Position numbers and translations under genes: made by a program. Of a DNA stretch of 64,000 nucleotides, positions 22,940 through 35,779 are shown piece after piece. This DNA is from Utricularia gibba (lineage: Eukaryota > Plantae > Magnoliophyta): the NCBI GenBank assembly GCA_002189035.1, contig NEEC01000004.1, forward strand, positions 2,542,001-2,606,000, in the 5' to 3' direction. Under the pieces are notes generated by a model. It did not search any database and was not told the DNA's origin. It saw only the letters and a program-made list of their open reading frames with translations. The stretch's first letter is position 1. Every line of letters begins with the position of its first letter.

Positions 22940-25144
22940 ATAGTTAAAAATAAAATTTGCTGACTAAAACTCTCAAGTTACCCTATAATTCTAATTGTGT
23001 AAATCACCTATCATGGAACACACACACGCAACTCTTTACTCTAACATATCAGTTGTAATAATTACTTCTATTGTCAACTACAATTCAATTCTCATATCAA
23101 ATGAAATTTATAATTCTAATTATAAAACTATGATGTCTTAAGATAACTCAGGTGGTGTGTTGAACAAGTTTTCAATTTTAATCCAGAATTTTACACTCAC
23201 ACAACTCAATCTAGGTCTACTTGAGTCATTTCATGTATTTTTGGCTATGATTATTCTTTAGTTTTTATACCCATTTCACTTATAGGTCTACCAATTTATG
23301 AAATAAATAGAATTGGGTCTATTCGATTATATTGGTTTTACTTAGAGGTGGGTTTGGTTCGAACCGGAACCGCAGTTCCGGTTCCGGTTCAGTTCCAGGA
23401 GATGGATGTCCGTACGATTCCGGTTCCGGAACCGGAACCGTACGGTTTCGGTTCGGTTCGACAAATTTGGAACCGTGGAACCAACGGTTTCGACCCGTGT
23501 ATGAACCGTATTGTTCATGGTTCCGAACCGAAACTGTCGGTTCGGAACCCGAAAAAAATTATAAAAATTATAAAAATTAAAAATTAAAAAAATAAATAAA
23601 TGTATATGGTTTCAGATACCCATACGATGGAAGTGGGTGTCTGGAAAATCTTCTGAAACACCTCTTCCCAAACACACTGACAATAGATGTAGGTGCCTGG
23701 AAAATGATCTCAGAAACACCCTTTCCCAGACACCCACATCCTTAATAGACGTGAAATATGTGATTTTAATTTTGAAAATGCAATGTATTTAATCCTTCTA
23801 ATATTGTGTTTCCAAAATATATGAAATAGATGTTGTTTTATTTTAATTTGAAAAATACACAATACTTATAAAAGATTATATAAAACAACTATATAAACAT
23901 CTTCATTTTAAAAAAATAAATATATAAATAATAATTCTATTCATTTTATATGATTTGTAATATTGTTGTATTTGTTTTAAAAAATTTAATTTTATCAAAT
24001 ATATATTCAAATACTAATAATTTAATTATTTATTTCATTTATTTAAATCACAAATTATATTGATTTTAATTATATTTTATTGAGATAGTCTATCAAGTAA
24101 TTTAAGTTATAGTTTTTTATAAATTAATATAGTATATTACATAATATATCTAGTTAAATACAACAATTAATATTATTAAATATATTGTTTAATAATATTT
24201 AAATATAAAAAATAATAATTATTACAAATTTCACTACCAGACACCCACAATGATTCATATAGGTGACTGTAAAACACCAATAAACAGTAGCCGATCGGTT
24301 CCGGTTACAGTTCGGTTCCCGAATCTCGGTTCCGGTTCCGAACCAAAACCGTCCGTACGGTTCCGGTTTCGGTTCGGTTCAAGGTTTCGTCCGTACGGTT
24401 CCGAACCGAAATCGGAACCGTTGTCTATAATGAACCGAAACTGTACGGTTCGGAACCGAACCCACCTCTAGTTTTACTCCAGACTCCCACCTAATATACA
24501 TGTCCCAACACTTCAGTCTATCTTTGAATTGGGCTTCTAAGTTGCTATTAGTTATTCTACCCCTTAGGTCTATTTGAGACATACTGAAAAAAATAGCAAG
24601 CATACAATAATTAAGATCGAAATCAGAAACTTGATTCCACACCACATTCATACACCTTCATAATTATCGCATATTGGAAGTTAGAGTCATGCATATTAGA
24701 AGGTAGAGTCATGAATTCATAAAATGAAACTAAAGAGATATCCATAATCACAACTTCGAAGGTAGAAAAATAAATATAAAGAGGAATCAATTCATCATGT
24801 CCTCTTCTTGTATACTGTATTCCATTGACTTTGTGTATTCAAATTAATTTAATTTGCTAGCCTTAAAAAATATTAAAAATCATAATATGACTAAATCATC
24901 AATTAGTACATATTATACATAAAATATTAAAATTCATGATCAAAATATCTAATTTTATTATCAGATATTGATGTGGGTTAAAGGAGCCCAATACTTGCCC
25001 CATACGATAGCCCCAACAGACTAGGTTTTTTCTCTCAAATAATGGGTGATGTGGAGGAGCAGTTTCCGTCTTCCAGCACCTTGATCTACTATATCAAATA
25101 TCATAATTTTGTAACAAAAAATACTAATAAAATGTATGCTATCA
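22940..25144 (-). mobile_element. Degenerate Athila-like LTR, split by a hAT element (left end approximate)
   Basis: The minus-strand start TGATAGCATACATTTTATTAGT at 25144 resembles TGATAAAACACATTTTATTAGT at 50977. Region 24860-24950 resembles 50800-50900. Confidence 0.45.
23343..24470. mobile_element. Non-autonomous hAT DNA transposon, 1128 bp
   Basis: TIRs TAGAGGTGGGTT(T/C)GGTTC at both ends. A perfect 8-bp TSD, GTTTTACT, sits at 23335-23342 and 24471-24478. Subterminal arrays of GGTTCC/GAACC motifs span about 200 bp at each end around an AT-rich core. Confidence 0.95.
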
Positions 25145-28100
25145 AATAACATTTTCTCCTTTCACACACTCTTTTTACTTGTTATGCCACCTTCATGATT
25201 TTCTAATTTTTAATTTAAATTAATGAAAATAGAAGTAAAAATGCAATAACTAGAAGAATTACACTTAATGATTGAATATACATAAACATCTATTTTAGAC
25301 ATCTAATGAACTAGTGTAATCATATTTTAACATAGAAATTGGTGACATAAAATAATAAAAAATCAAACTTAATATATATGAATAAATCCAAAGAGCAATT
25401 TTAGTATTATCGTGATGCATTCGAAACCAAGTTAGATCCTTCTATTTGAATCATGTAGTAACAATTTTTTAAAATAGAGAATAATAGATAAATTAGGACC
25501 ATCTTCACCAGCCTCTAATGTTTCTTGGGAAAAAAATACAACTCACATTTTTTTTTTGGAAGCTTACTTATATCAAGTTTATGTTAAATAACACGCTTAG
25601 ATCATGTTACAATCCCCAAGGTTGGAAGAGGTTTTGGAGGACTTTGATGAAGGGATACATTGTCATTACGTGATGTAGCAATTATGTAATAATTTCATTA
25701 TAATGAAGAAAGATTGATCTCTATGGATAGGCTTCAAGAGACAACCGAAAGTTTTTGGATGTCACATTGGGAGTGATAACGTGAATCAATGAATGGTGGT
25801 CAAGGATGATCAAGATGAATTTTTTTTATACCTAAAAATGATTACTAGAAGATATAAGGTTGCAATAAATTTAAGACTTATTCAACTATCTACTCTGACT
25901 TTTGATATCTTCACACCAATGATTATAACAATTTGACAAGGTCTCTCCAAGAGGGTGATATGGGACATCGACCGAAATTGATAGTTCTACTAATGATGTT
26001 GAATATGTATCGACTTACGTAAATAGTATAAATAAAATCAATGAAAAGTTAACTTTATTATTCAATCCAAAAAGTATTAGTAGGGTTTTTAAGAAATGGC
26101 AATTTATTTGATATTTCTAAATAATATTAAATTTATATCTCATCTTCTTTATAAAATGGAAAAACATACTTGTTCTCTCTTTTTGAACCCACAATTTTTT
26201 TAATTTTTATTTACTATGAAAGAGAAAGTGTATAATTGATTTTCTAACAAAAATCATGATGGTACAAAATAATTGAAAAAGTAACCCATTACTTACATGA
26301 AAGCTACTAGAAAAAAAGAGTAAGTGGCTTAGTAGTGGTACCTCTTTCCCTTCATTTAAGCTCAAGATTCAAAAAAACATAGAATTAACTCCTTCATTCA
26401 TTGAAGAAAATGTAGTTATTAAAGTAAGTAAAAAAAAGCCAAATAAAATAATAAAATTTAAAATAAAAAGTAGGGTAAAATACAAATAAAATAATAAAAT
26501 GAAAATATTTTCATGGATTATGTTGATATAATGTATACTTCAATTGGGGTAAAATAAGAAAATGTGTGTTTCACTGATTATGTTGAGTAAAATCTCAATG
26601 TATACCTCAATTGGGGTAATATAAAAATTATTATAAAAAGTAAGGTAAATTGTTGATTTAATTCAATAATTATAGTAAAGTAATAATTAATTTTAAAATT
26701 AGGGTAATATGAAAATGTTTTAAATGGTTATATGGCTAGGCAGTATTTTATGCTTAAATTACTAGTATATTTTTAATAATTAATTTTACATTGTTTTCAT
26801 TTGTGTTTTTCACTTAACTTCTCGTTTATTTGATGTTTCTTTCATTTACTTTTCGTGTGCCAAAAATTATTGTGCTTTTTTTAAGGGGAGGTGCTGCACG
26901 AATTTGGAGATATGTTCGCGGTCAAAATCCAAAGCAAAAAATAGGGCAAAACTGTTGGAAGTCGAAGATGAGTTGAGATAGGTGGTTTGTGTAGGCTAGG
27001 GGCGAGGTTGAGGTGATTTCATCCATCTAATAAAAAAAGAAAAGAAATGGGTCATGTCTGGTTATCACCTCCGTGTGGTTGTTATGGCGACCATGGGGGC
27101 GGGCAGTGTCGGGGGGAGCCCACACTGGTTACATACTCAGTTAGACTACAGGCTAACTAGCCGGAAACTCCTCCGCCCGTGTGGTGGCTGCTTTGTGATG
27201 GCTGTTATGGTCTCATGATTTTCCTACACCAAAAGCGCTACAACTCGTTTTCGGCTTTTAGGTTTCTCATGTTTTCCTGTCGATCTCCTTCATGGAAGCA
27301 GCCCCAGTTGCCAGTATCATCATTCGGAGGCCGAGGCACCCAACCCAACTTGCTTCTGCGAGGCAAGAGGAGGATTAGCGAGCATCGATCATTTCATAGA
27401 ATAGAAAATCAGTTTTGTCTGCGTCAAGGAAACGCGTGAGACGATATTTCATCAAATATTTTTTTATGTTTACAAGTGGGAGGATGAAACAGATTTTGTG
27501 ATTATTTCTTCGAAATAGGAGGATTATCATCTTTGCCATTACAGCCCTCCAGCTTCATCTTCGATGTCAGCTGCCCCACACTGGGTTGACCATCCTACCT
27601 TGAGATCAGACAAACTCCATGAGCCAATCAAAAGTAGCGGACTGTGCATGGATGCTGGTATGAGCATCTTGTCTTCTCTAAGTCATCTAGTCAAGCGCTG
27701 TTGACTGTTGACCCAGTAAACGAGGTTTGAGGATTTGTATCCAACAGTTGAATGTTTCCTTCTTCTGTTCGGGGCCCGGACCAACTGTCTGTCTCCCCAT
27801 TGAATGATTGCTCCTACCAGCCCCCCGTCTCCTTTTCTTCTCTTGGGTTCTTACTTTTCTCGCCATCGATTGCCGGATTCCTAAAATTTTCTCCCACGTT
27901 TCTCCTGTTCTTCCTCTTCTGGGGTTCCGTTTCTCCACGCGCGAAGCTCCCCCCTCCCCTCCCAGTTCTCTTTGCTTTCTGACACCTGCGACCCTTTTAT
28001 ACCCAAGGAATTGCTTTAATGTTGAAGGTTCCACTACCTTGTCCATCTTGTCTTTACCACGAATAGTTTCCATTCGACCGTCCTAGGTTCCTTTTCTGGG

Positions 28101-28150
28101 TCTCATGTGCAGTTTTTATTGATTCAGGGTAGTGAGATTTATTACTTTTC

Positions 28151-30598
28151 ATGGGGCGAATTTGGTTTTTTCCCTACATTCTAATTCTGGGATTGCTTCT
28201 ATTCTGTCTAATCGAATTGGAACCGTGCTCTGCTAGTATTCAGCGTTATGGTAAATTGAATCCAGGATTCAATGCATCTGAGATGCTGTATGTTGACAAC
28301 AAAGGCATCTTCCTCTTATCCAATAGTTCTGCTTTTGGGTTTGGTTTCATACAAACTCCCAATGACGTTACCCAGTTTCTACTAAGTGTGATTCACCAAA
28401 GTACCTCAACTGTTGTTTGGACTGCTAATAGAGGCCGTCCAGTTCAAAATTCAGATATGCTTTTTTTTGATACCACTGGAAACCTTTACTTGCAGCAATC
28501 GGCGTCTCATATATGGGCGACAAACACATCCAACATGGGAGTTTCGTCCATGGAATTGCTAGATTCTGGAAACCTGGTTCTGGTTGGGAATGATGGCAGT
28601 GTACTTTGGCAAAGTTTTGCCCATCCCACTAATACCCTTTTGTCGAAGCAATCATTTTCAGAGGGAATGAGACTTGTTAGTGACGTTGGAGCCAATAACC
28701 TGAGCTATTCCCTTGAGATTAGATCTGGGAGTATAATTCTTTCCGCTGGTTTCCAGCCACCGCAGCAGTACTGGTCTACGGCAAATGATCCTCGAATTCT
28801 TAAAGATAAAGAAGGTGGCTCGATAACATCTGCTCAGATTGTTGCCAATTCCTGGAGATTCTTCGATTCCACCAACACGTTTCTCTCTCAGTTTGTCTTT
28901 TCATCTGATACTAATACGACAGCTACTTGGGTTGCTGCTTTAAATAATGATGGTTCGATAAGTTTCATTATGCTTGGAGGAAGTTCATCAAGTCCTTCCA
29001 CCGTAACTATACCACGAAATGCATGTAGTAAGCTGGCCGCTTGCGGTCCTGCCTCTGTATGTAGTTCTCAAACCCAATGCCAGTGTCCGCCAGCTCTCCC
29101 CTCATGCAGGAATATAAGTTTCCCTTCATGCCATAATAGAGAAGCTCATAAGCTTGTGATTGGTGCATATGATATTAGTTATTCACCTCTGTTATTTGTA
29201 GCCCCCATCAGCAAAACTACTTTGGAGGGTTGCAGATCCTCTTGCTTGAAGAACTGTTCTTGTGGTGCTATGTTTTTTCAAAACAGTTCAGGAAATTGCT
29301 ATTTTTTCAATGAGGTTGGAAGCATGGAGCAATCCAGCAGTAGTGATTCCTATGTGTCCTACATCAAGATCTCTGATAATGCAAGTATTAGAGGACGGAA
29401 GGCTACTAAAGGTCCCTTGGTTGTGATCATCGTAGTCGTTGTTGTGACGGTATTAGTTGTGATTGTGCTGCTTTTAGCGGGAATTCGTTTTTACAGGAAG
29501 AGTAGGATGGAGCCAGATACAGTAAATGATAGCTCAGAGGAGGATGGTTTCTTGGAAGGCATATCAGGGATGCCAATTCGCTTCAGTTACAAAGACCTTG
29601 AGGTTGCAACAAAAAACTTCAGCAAAATACTGGGACGAGGAGGCTTTGGCACAGTTTACCACGGTACGCTCCCCGATGAAACACAGGTGGCTGTGAAGAA
29701 ACTCGAAGGAATTGGTCAGGGGAGGAAACAATTTAGAGCCGAGGTGGGCACAATCGGTAGCATCCACCATTTTCATCTCGTGAAACTTAGAGGATTCTGT
29801 TCTGAGGGCAGTCATCGGCTTCTTGCCTATGAATACATGGCTAACGGTTCGTTAGACAACTGGCTTTTCAAGAAGGAACCAGGAGACTTCATCCTGGACT
29901 GGGAAACGAGGTACAACATTGCCCTCGGTACTGCAAAAGGCTTAGCTTATCTCCATGAAGACTGCGAAGCAAAGATAGTTCACTGTGATATAAAGCCCGA
30001 AAACGTTCTTCTTGATGATCGTTTCGTGGCAAAAGTTTCAGACTTTGGACTCGCTAAGCTTATGACCAAGGAGCAGAGCCATGTTTTTACTGACTTTAGA
30101 GGAACAAGGGGGTACCTTGCACCTGAGTGGATCACAAACTGTGCGATTTCAGAAAAGAGTGATGTTTATAGCTATGGGATGGTTCTGCTGGAACTGGTCG
30201 GTGGACGGAAGAACTATGAGGCCTTGGAAGTTTCAGAAAAATCTCATTTCCCATCGTATGCTTTCAAGATGATGGAAGAAGGGAAGATGAGGGAGATTCT
30301 TGATTATAAACTCAAGGTAAGTGAAGAAGATGAAAGGGTTGAAATAGCCATCAAGGTGGCCTTGTGGTGCATACAAGACGATATGTACCTCCGGCCAGCG
30401 ATGACAAAAGTAGTGCAAATGCTGGAAGGGTTGTGCCCGGTCCCTCAGCCACCAGGAAGCTCTCCTCTGGCATCCCGATTGTACTCCAGCTTTTTCAAGG
30501 TAAGCACAGATGGAGGAACAACTCCTTCAGGCGCCGTCCCCTCGGATTGTAACAGTCATACATACGTCTCTGCGTGTCGGCTTTCAGGTCCAAGGTAA
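28151..30598 (+). CDS. SD2-5: G-type lectin S-receptor-like Ser/Thr kinase SD2-5, intronless, 815 aa
   Basis: Signal peptide, bulb lectin domain (VVWTANRGRPV, LLDSGNLVL, LWQSFAHPTNTLL), Cys-rich EGF/PAN region and a transmembrane helix. The kinase has GRGGFG, VAVKKL, HCDIKPEN (non-RD), DFG and GTRGYLAPE. Confidence 0.95.
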   Translation: MGRIWFFPYILILGLLLFCLIELEPCSASIQRYGKLNPGFNASEMLYVDNKGIFLLSNSSAFGFGFIQTPNDVTQFLLSVIHQSTSTVVWTANRGRPVQNSDMLFFDTTGNLYLQQSASHIWATNTSNMGVSSMELLDSGNLVLVGNDGSVLWQSFAHPTNTLLSKQSFSEGMRLVSDVGANNLSYSLEIRSGSIILSAGFQPPQQYWSTANDPRILKDKEGGSITSAQIVANSWRFFDSTNTFLSQFVFSSDTNTTATWVAALNNDGSISFIMLGGSSSSPSTVTIPRNACSKLAACGPASVCSSQTQCQCPPALPSCRNISFPSCHNREAHKLVIGAYDISYSPLLFVAPISKTTLEGCRSSCLKNCSCGAMFFQNSSGNCYFFNEVGSMEQSSSSDSYVSYIKISDNASIRGRKATKGPLVVIIVVVVVTVLVVIVLLLAGIRFYRKSRMEPDTVNDSSEEDGFLEGISGMPIRFSYKDLEVATKNFSKILGRGGFGTVYHGTLPDETQVAVKKLEGIGQGRKQFRAEVGTIGSIHHFHLVKLRGFCSEGSHRLLAYEYMANGSLDNWLFKKEPGDFILDWETRYNIALGTAKGLAYLHEDCEAKIVHCDIKPENVLLDDRFVAKVSDFGLAKLMTKEQSHVFTDFRGTRGYLAPEWITNCAISEKSDVYSYGMVLLELVGGRKNYEALEVSEKSHFPSYAFKMMEEGKMREILDYKLKVSEEDERVEIAIKVALWCIQDDMYLRPAMTKVVQMLEGLCPVPQPPGSSPLASRLYSSFFKVSTDGGTTPSGAVPSDCNSHTYVSACRLSGPR

Positions 30599-31970
30599 GT
30601 GAGGGATGCTGCGTTCACAAATCTGTATTTATTGTGGTACCTACCTGTCTTCTTTGCGGTATTCAAGTGTGCTTAGATTTCACGATGTCCATTTGCAGGG
30701 GAGAATTTCAATCTTCAATTAATTGGAGGCACGAAATGCTTACCATTTCTTTCTTTCTTTTTTGTTGAACACACGTGTTTGTGGGAGAACCGAACATGTC
30801 AGTCACATGGGGCGCCTACACTGGATATCAATCAGACACCCAAACTGGATCGATCATATAAAGCATTTGAGTACCATATTGGGAATATTTAGTAACATCC
30901 GATCATATTCGACTATATTGAGGAATGGGGGCTCCTGGCGACCCTCATTAACACTCGATTACACCCATTACCCTCATACACAACACCTACACCTACAGAC
31001 CATTAAACAATGTATAACTCGTGAAAAGGATGTGAGAGAAACAGGAGATTTCAAGGAAAGATGTTATTGGGAGTTGAAAAGGTATGTGGATTTAGCATAT
31101 GATTATTTTATTCACTGGCACGTCGTCATTCACTACCTTCATTAGAAGCTGCACATTGAACATGAAAAAATTTGGAAAAGATCAATGATGCGTATTTTTT
31201 CTCAAATTTGGAGGCAAAGTACAACGTACTAGCGACATTTACCCAATACGTGCGGTGCAGCCTATTCCCCAATGGTCGACCATCCAAATCTGAAGCAAGC
31301 TTGTATAGGGATGGTTCACTTTCCACCATGAAACTGTGACAGACTTGACTCTATAGAGGCTAAACAACTTGCATTTTCATGGTCTGACGTCTCTATGTGC
31401 GCAAATTCTTTCTTGAGGCACCTACTTACTCCACCACCAAAAAACAGTAAGCCTCCCTCTATAGCAAATCATCTATCTTGGTCCATAAAAAATGGTGACC
31501 AAATGAAGGTGGGAGAAGGTTCCAGTGCCTATTACAATCACGACACCATCAAACACAAGTCATAGCCAATGAGGTCATAGAAGATGAATTGGAAGCTTGG
31601 GTAAAACATATTCTAGTTAATGAGTTGAAACCTCAGGTGCTTTGTAAAAGATTAATCCAATGGCTGTTGAATGTAGGAATCAAATTTCAAGAATTGCTAC
31701 CAATTGGAGGATATTATTAAGCATTAGTTGCTCAGGTAATTTTGACAAATAAAAAATATTTGAAGAATTAGAAATATAATTTTTTTGAAGAATTAGAAAC
31801 AAAAATAACATGTCTAGAAAAAATTGCAAAAATGAATCAAAAAATATTTTTCAATAGTATTCTGGAAGTTTTTAAACATAAAAAATAGTAATTAATAATA
31901 AAGTTCATAATGAAATAACCATACATAATTAGATAATGAAACTCAATTAAATACTCCTAGTATGATTTAT

Positions 31971-33260
31971 CTAGAGTTGACCAAATATACTATCTCTAAT
32001 TGTCATCATTGAACCAATTTCTTCTAATTCAATAACAGTTTCTTCAACATGATCATCACCATCACCCTCAATCAATGGATTAGGATCCTCATAGACACTC
32101 AACTCGGATCCATCTTCTTCGCCACTAACTTGGCGATGAAAATTATGAATGGCCATAATTGCTGCAACTAAATTGAACTTGATGTTGTAATTTCAAATTG
32201 CAAGGCATATCATTGAGTATGGGGATATGGAGCCATATAGGATGTAATTTCAAAATGTTTCTTCCTAACTCCGAATGTTCTTTCAATAATATAATGTAAT
32301 GCTGAATGTTTATGGTTAAATAACTCTTCTAGTCTATTGTAGCTATGCCTTACACGTTGCCATTAGGAAGGTGATATTGTGTACAGGGATATGGAGCCAT
32401 ATAATCATCAATATTGGCAAAACCAGCATCAACTAGATAATATTTCCCTACATATATTCGAATTTAAAAAAGAAATCATTGATAAATTCATCTATATACA
32501 AAATAAATTAGACAATCAAAGAAACCTCAAGCCGGTTTGGAAAAATTGTCTTCGTCATTTCGTAGACACTTCATCAATATTCTACTATCATGCTAAGTAC
32601 CTTCATAACCAGCAACAACAAGGTGAAACATAATTTGAAATCACATATTGTTAGAATATTTTGTGTAGAAACACCTTTTCATCAAATATAATGAACTCTC
32701 TAATCTGCATGCAAGCTTTTATATGGGTACCATCGATTGCACCAACACAACTCTCAAAATAAGGATAATATTGAGTTTTGTTCTAATGTAAGATGATACC
32801 TGTGTGTAATCCTTCATCAGCTCAATCCATGTATCTATCATTCAACAACAAGCTTTTAAGACATTATGCAATGAAGTGCTAATAATGTCTACACCATGTT
32901 GAAAAAACTCATATAAGCTTTGATTCCTCATTCGAGTTTCAATAATTTTAAATATAGAAAATTCTTATTCTATAGTAACTGACGTTGCTTTTTCGAGCCA
33001 TACTCATCAACTAGCACTGTAGAATCTAAGAAACACTGAGGGCTTCATGCATCTCATTTAACATTAACAATAATAATGCCTATTCCGACCCTGAATGATC
33101 ATAGATATATTGTCATACCAGATATTGTTGATGGTATCTACCCACAACATCAAAGAATTCTATTTCACTAGCAACCATTGACATCTTTAATTGAGATAAT
33201 GCATCATCACTTTCTTCTTTTGTGGAGGATGATGAGCAGCTTGTTAAGGATGATGATTGA
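31971..33260 (-). mobile_element. PIF/Harbinger DDE transposase pseudogene (upstream end approximate)
   Basis: In order on the minus strand: SCVGAIDGTHIKA (about 32740), GVSTQNILTICDF...VVAGYEGT*HDSRI (about 32640), WKKHFEI..MAPYP (about 32260), AAIMAIHNF and MMTIRDSI. It carries multiple stops and frameshifts. Confidence 0.8.
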
Positions 33261-33528
33261 TTCATCACACTCGATCCCTTCAATTGAGGTCAAGAATTCC
33301 ATTTAGATAGAGGGAAATAGAACTCTCTTGAGAATTATGGGAAGCAGATGATATGTAATCTAAAGATAAAGTACTTTACTCTAACATGAGAATGACATAA
33401 AAGTGTTGAAGGAAAAATTCCATTACTCTTATGCTACTAAAAAATCTCATACTCATTAATGAAAAAGTGAATCATCATAAAGGCTATTAATTCCATATCC
33501 CATCCTATCACCAGATGCAGGTGAAGCT

Positions 33529-35750
33529 TGATAACACTATTTTTATTGTATTTTTATGTGTGTTTCTATTGGTGTTTCGTATGGTTAACTTTTGATTCGC
33601 ATGTGAAATTGTTCCTTTTGTGTATCTTGTTGGTAAGAATGTGCTTATTGTAAAAATAAGCTCAATTGGTAATAATTAAGTCAAAAACTATAATGTTTCC
33701 CTTTAGATTTTGTCTAAGTCTTAATAGAGTAAGAGTTAGTATTGAAAGTGCACTCTATGTGAGTCAAAAAGAATAGAAAAACTAATTAAAAATAGCTTTT
33801 AACTGAATGTAACCGACTTCTAAAAAGAGAGGATATGAGATAAAAATTTTTCTTCTAGAACACCATAAAAAGATGAAGATGTCCTTCCTTTGAGCAGTAA
33901 AAGAAAAGAAAGAGAGAGAAGAGAGTATTGCAAGGAACAGAAAAGTAGGGAGAATGGTAGTTCTCCAGCGAACAGCTTCGTTAGTTTTTAGATCTACATT
34001 CCCAGACCATATTAACCATCCAAATTTTTCAGTTTCAGCAGATATACTCTTGATAGTAACTGTTGACATTTTATTTTTGTTTTTCGCACTTTCCTTTCTA
34101 ATATTGAATGTGTTCTTATATTTTCTATATTTTCTATGTTTTTCTTGTGATTATAGTGCTTAGTTGTGAACGAGACACCTCTTGTAGACATTATCTATGC
34201 TTATAAACTTATTTCTGTTTGAGTTCTTTGATCTTTAGTTTTTAAATTTAAAATGACAATTGTTCCACAACCTTTCATCTGTCTCTAGGCATGATAATTT
34301 TGGGTTTAAACCTAAGGACTCTCTCGAGTAACATGAGAGCTAGATCTTAGTATAAACTTCAACTAAATCACTTCCGCTTACTTTTTCTAAGCATTCTCCT
34401 TATTTTTTATGGTCATTCACCCTTGCAACTTGTTAATTTTATTTACTATTATTGTATGTCCTATGTTACAGACTACCATTAGAGACATAACATTCAGGTG
34501 CATACTCAATAATAGGATCAAATAACATTTGCAGTAGTTCTGCAAACATTGAAGATATGTCCTTGAATTTTGTGTTAATAATATTTTCCTACATGAAAAA
34601 AAAAGCCATGAATAACAATAAATAAACAAACAACCAAAGCAAAACAAAACACAACCACAATAATAACTAGAATCCATTTAAATGGAAAACAAAATACAAT
34701 CACAAAACTACCTATCTTTACAAAAAAATAGAAAATAAAGGAAGCCTCCAACATTTAAAAAATGGAAAACAAACAATAATAATTCTCAACTTCCAATTTA
34801 TAAGATATAAGACTTTATACAAGTTTATTGCTTCACTATTCTTTGAAAACCCAAAAAAAAAAAAAGAAAACAATGAAAATCGTATGCAAAATCAACAACA
34901 AAGAAAAAATACCAAGAAAAAAGTAAAATAAGGAAAACCATAAAAAGTTAGAGAAACTATATGCCATTAGAAACAAAACTCAGAGAAAGAAGTAATGATT
35001 AGTAACAAATCATAATAACTTGAATACAAAGATTCTATCACTCATCATCTATTATCATAGTCCAACCGTCCCCATCTCAACCTATTCCAATCATTTTGAT
35101 CTTTCTTCTGTAGCAAGCTCAATATTTTCAAAGTGTATTTCACTTGTTCTTTCTTGATTTGAATCCAGTGACAATTTTATGATGCATTCATTTCTTTTTG
35201 AAGGTTCTCCCATCTTTCTTTATTAAATAATGTATTTTGCATATTTCCCTTTTCCACCTCCTCCAGTGCAAGTTTCAAATACATTTGTTTGATAGCATCA
35301 TGTCAATCAAATTTTCCTTTCTTGCCACAATGAGCACTTTTCTTTCTTTATTGATTGTTTGCATTTATGATATTTGCATTGTCATCATGAGAAGGAAAAC
35401 CTAAGAATTAATAATGAGAAAAAAGAAAAAAATAAGTAATACATCAGCCCCACAAATTCATCCGTAGGTATCACTATCATCAAAAGAATGAGTGACCAAT
35501 GGTAATCGACCACTATTTTCCCAATAACCATTCCAAAAAGAAACCTATGCAATAAAAGAGTTCGATCTTCAAAGAAAGGCGATTTACATCCCAAAATTTT
35601 AGAACAAATTTCTCGACTTACTTTGAAGATCCCAAAATTCTCACAGATTTCATAATATCTTGCAGAAGCAATAGGAAAACAAATGACCTCACAAAAAATA
35701 GCACTCACAAGCATTTACCTAATTTCTTTGTAAGGTGCAAGTGCATCTAC
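33529..35750. mobile_element. Degenerate Athila-like LTR and internal debris
   Basis: Begins TGATAACACTATTTTTATTG, the same style of start as the other Athila-type LTRs here. The rest is low-complexity A/T-skewed sequence with no host-gene motifs, and the boundaries are uncertain. Confidence 0.35.
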
Positions 35751-35779
35751 CTAATGATCACTCTGTTATTGTTACTAGC

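Noticed and set aside
23332-24651. Regular GGTTCC/GAACC arrays and their ORFs (23332, 23348, 24250, 24379) as CRISPR-like or repeat-protein loci
   Set aside because: There is no repeat-spacer periodicity and the context is eukaryotic. These are hAT subterminal repeats bounded by TIRs and an 8-bp TSD, and the ORFs reflect stop-poor repeats.
27300-27480. GRF-type zinc-finger-like fragment (TCFCEARG)
   Set aside because: The remaining Cys/Trp ligands are missing and the frame hits a stop within about 12 codons.
27687-28086. 128-aa Arg/Gly/Lys-rich minus-strand ORF and overlapping plus-strand ORFs upstream of SD2-5
   Set aside because: They are explained by the CT-rich leader and promoter of SD2-5, which reads as GA-rich codons on the opposite strand. 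No domain signature is present.
30700-31500. Possible MULE or second Harbinger (Myb-like) ORF remnant downstream of SD2-5
   Set aside because: Only vague fragments (for example IYPI, LLTPPPK) are visible. I could not assemble diagnostic motifs without a profile search.
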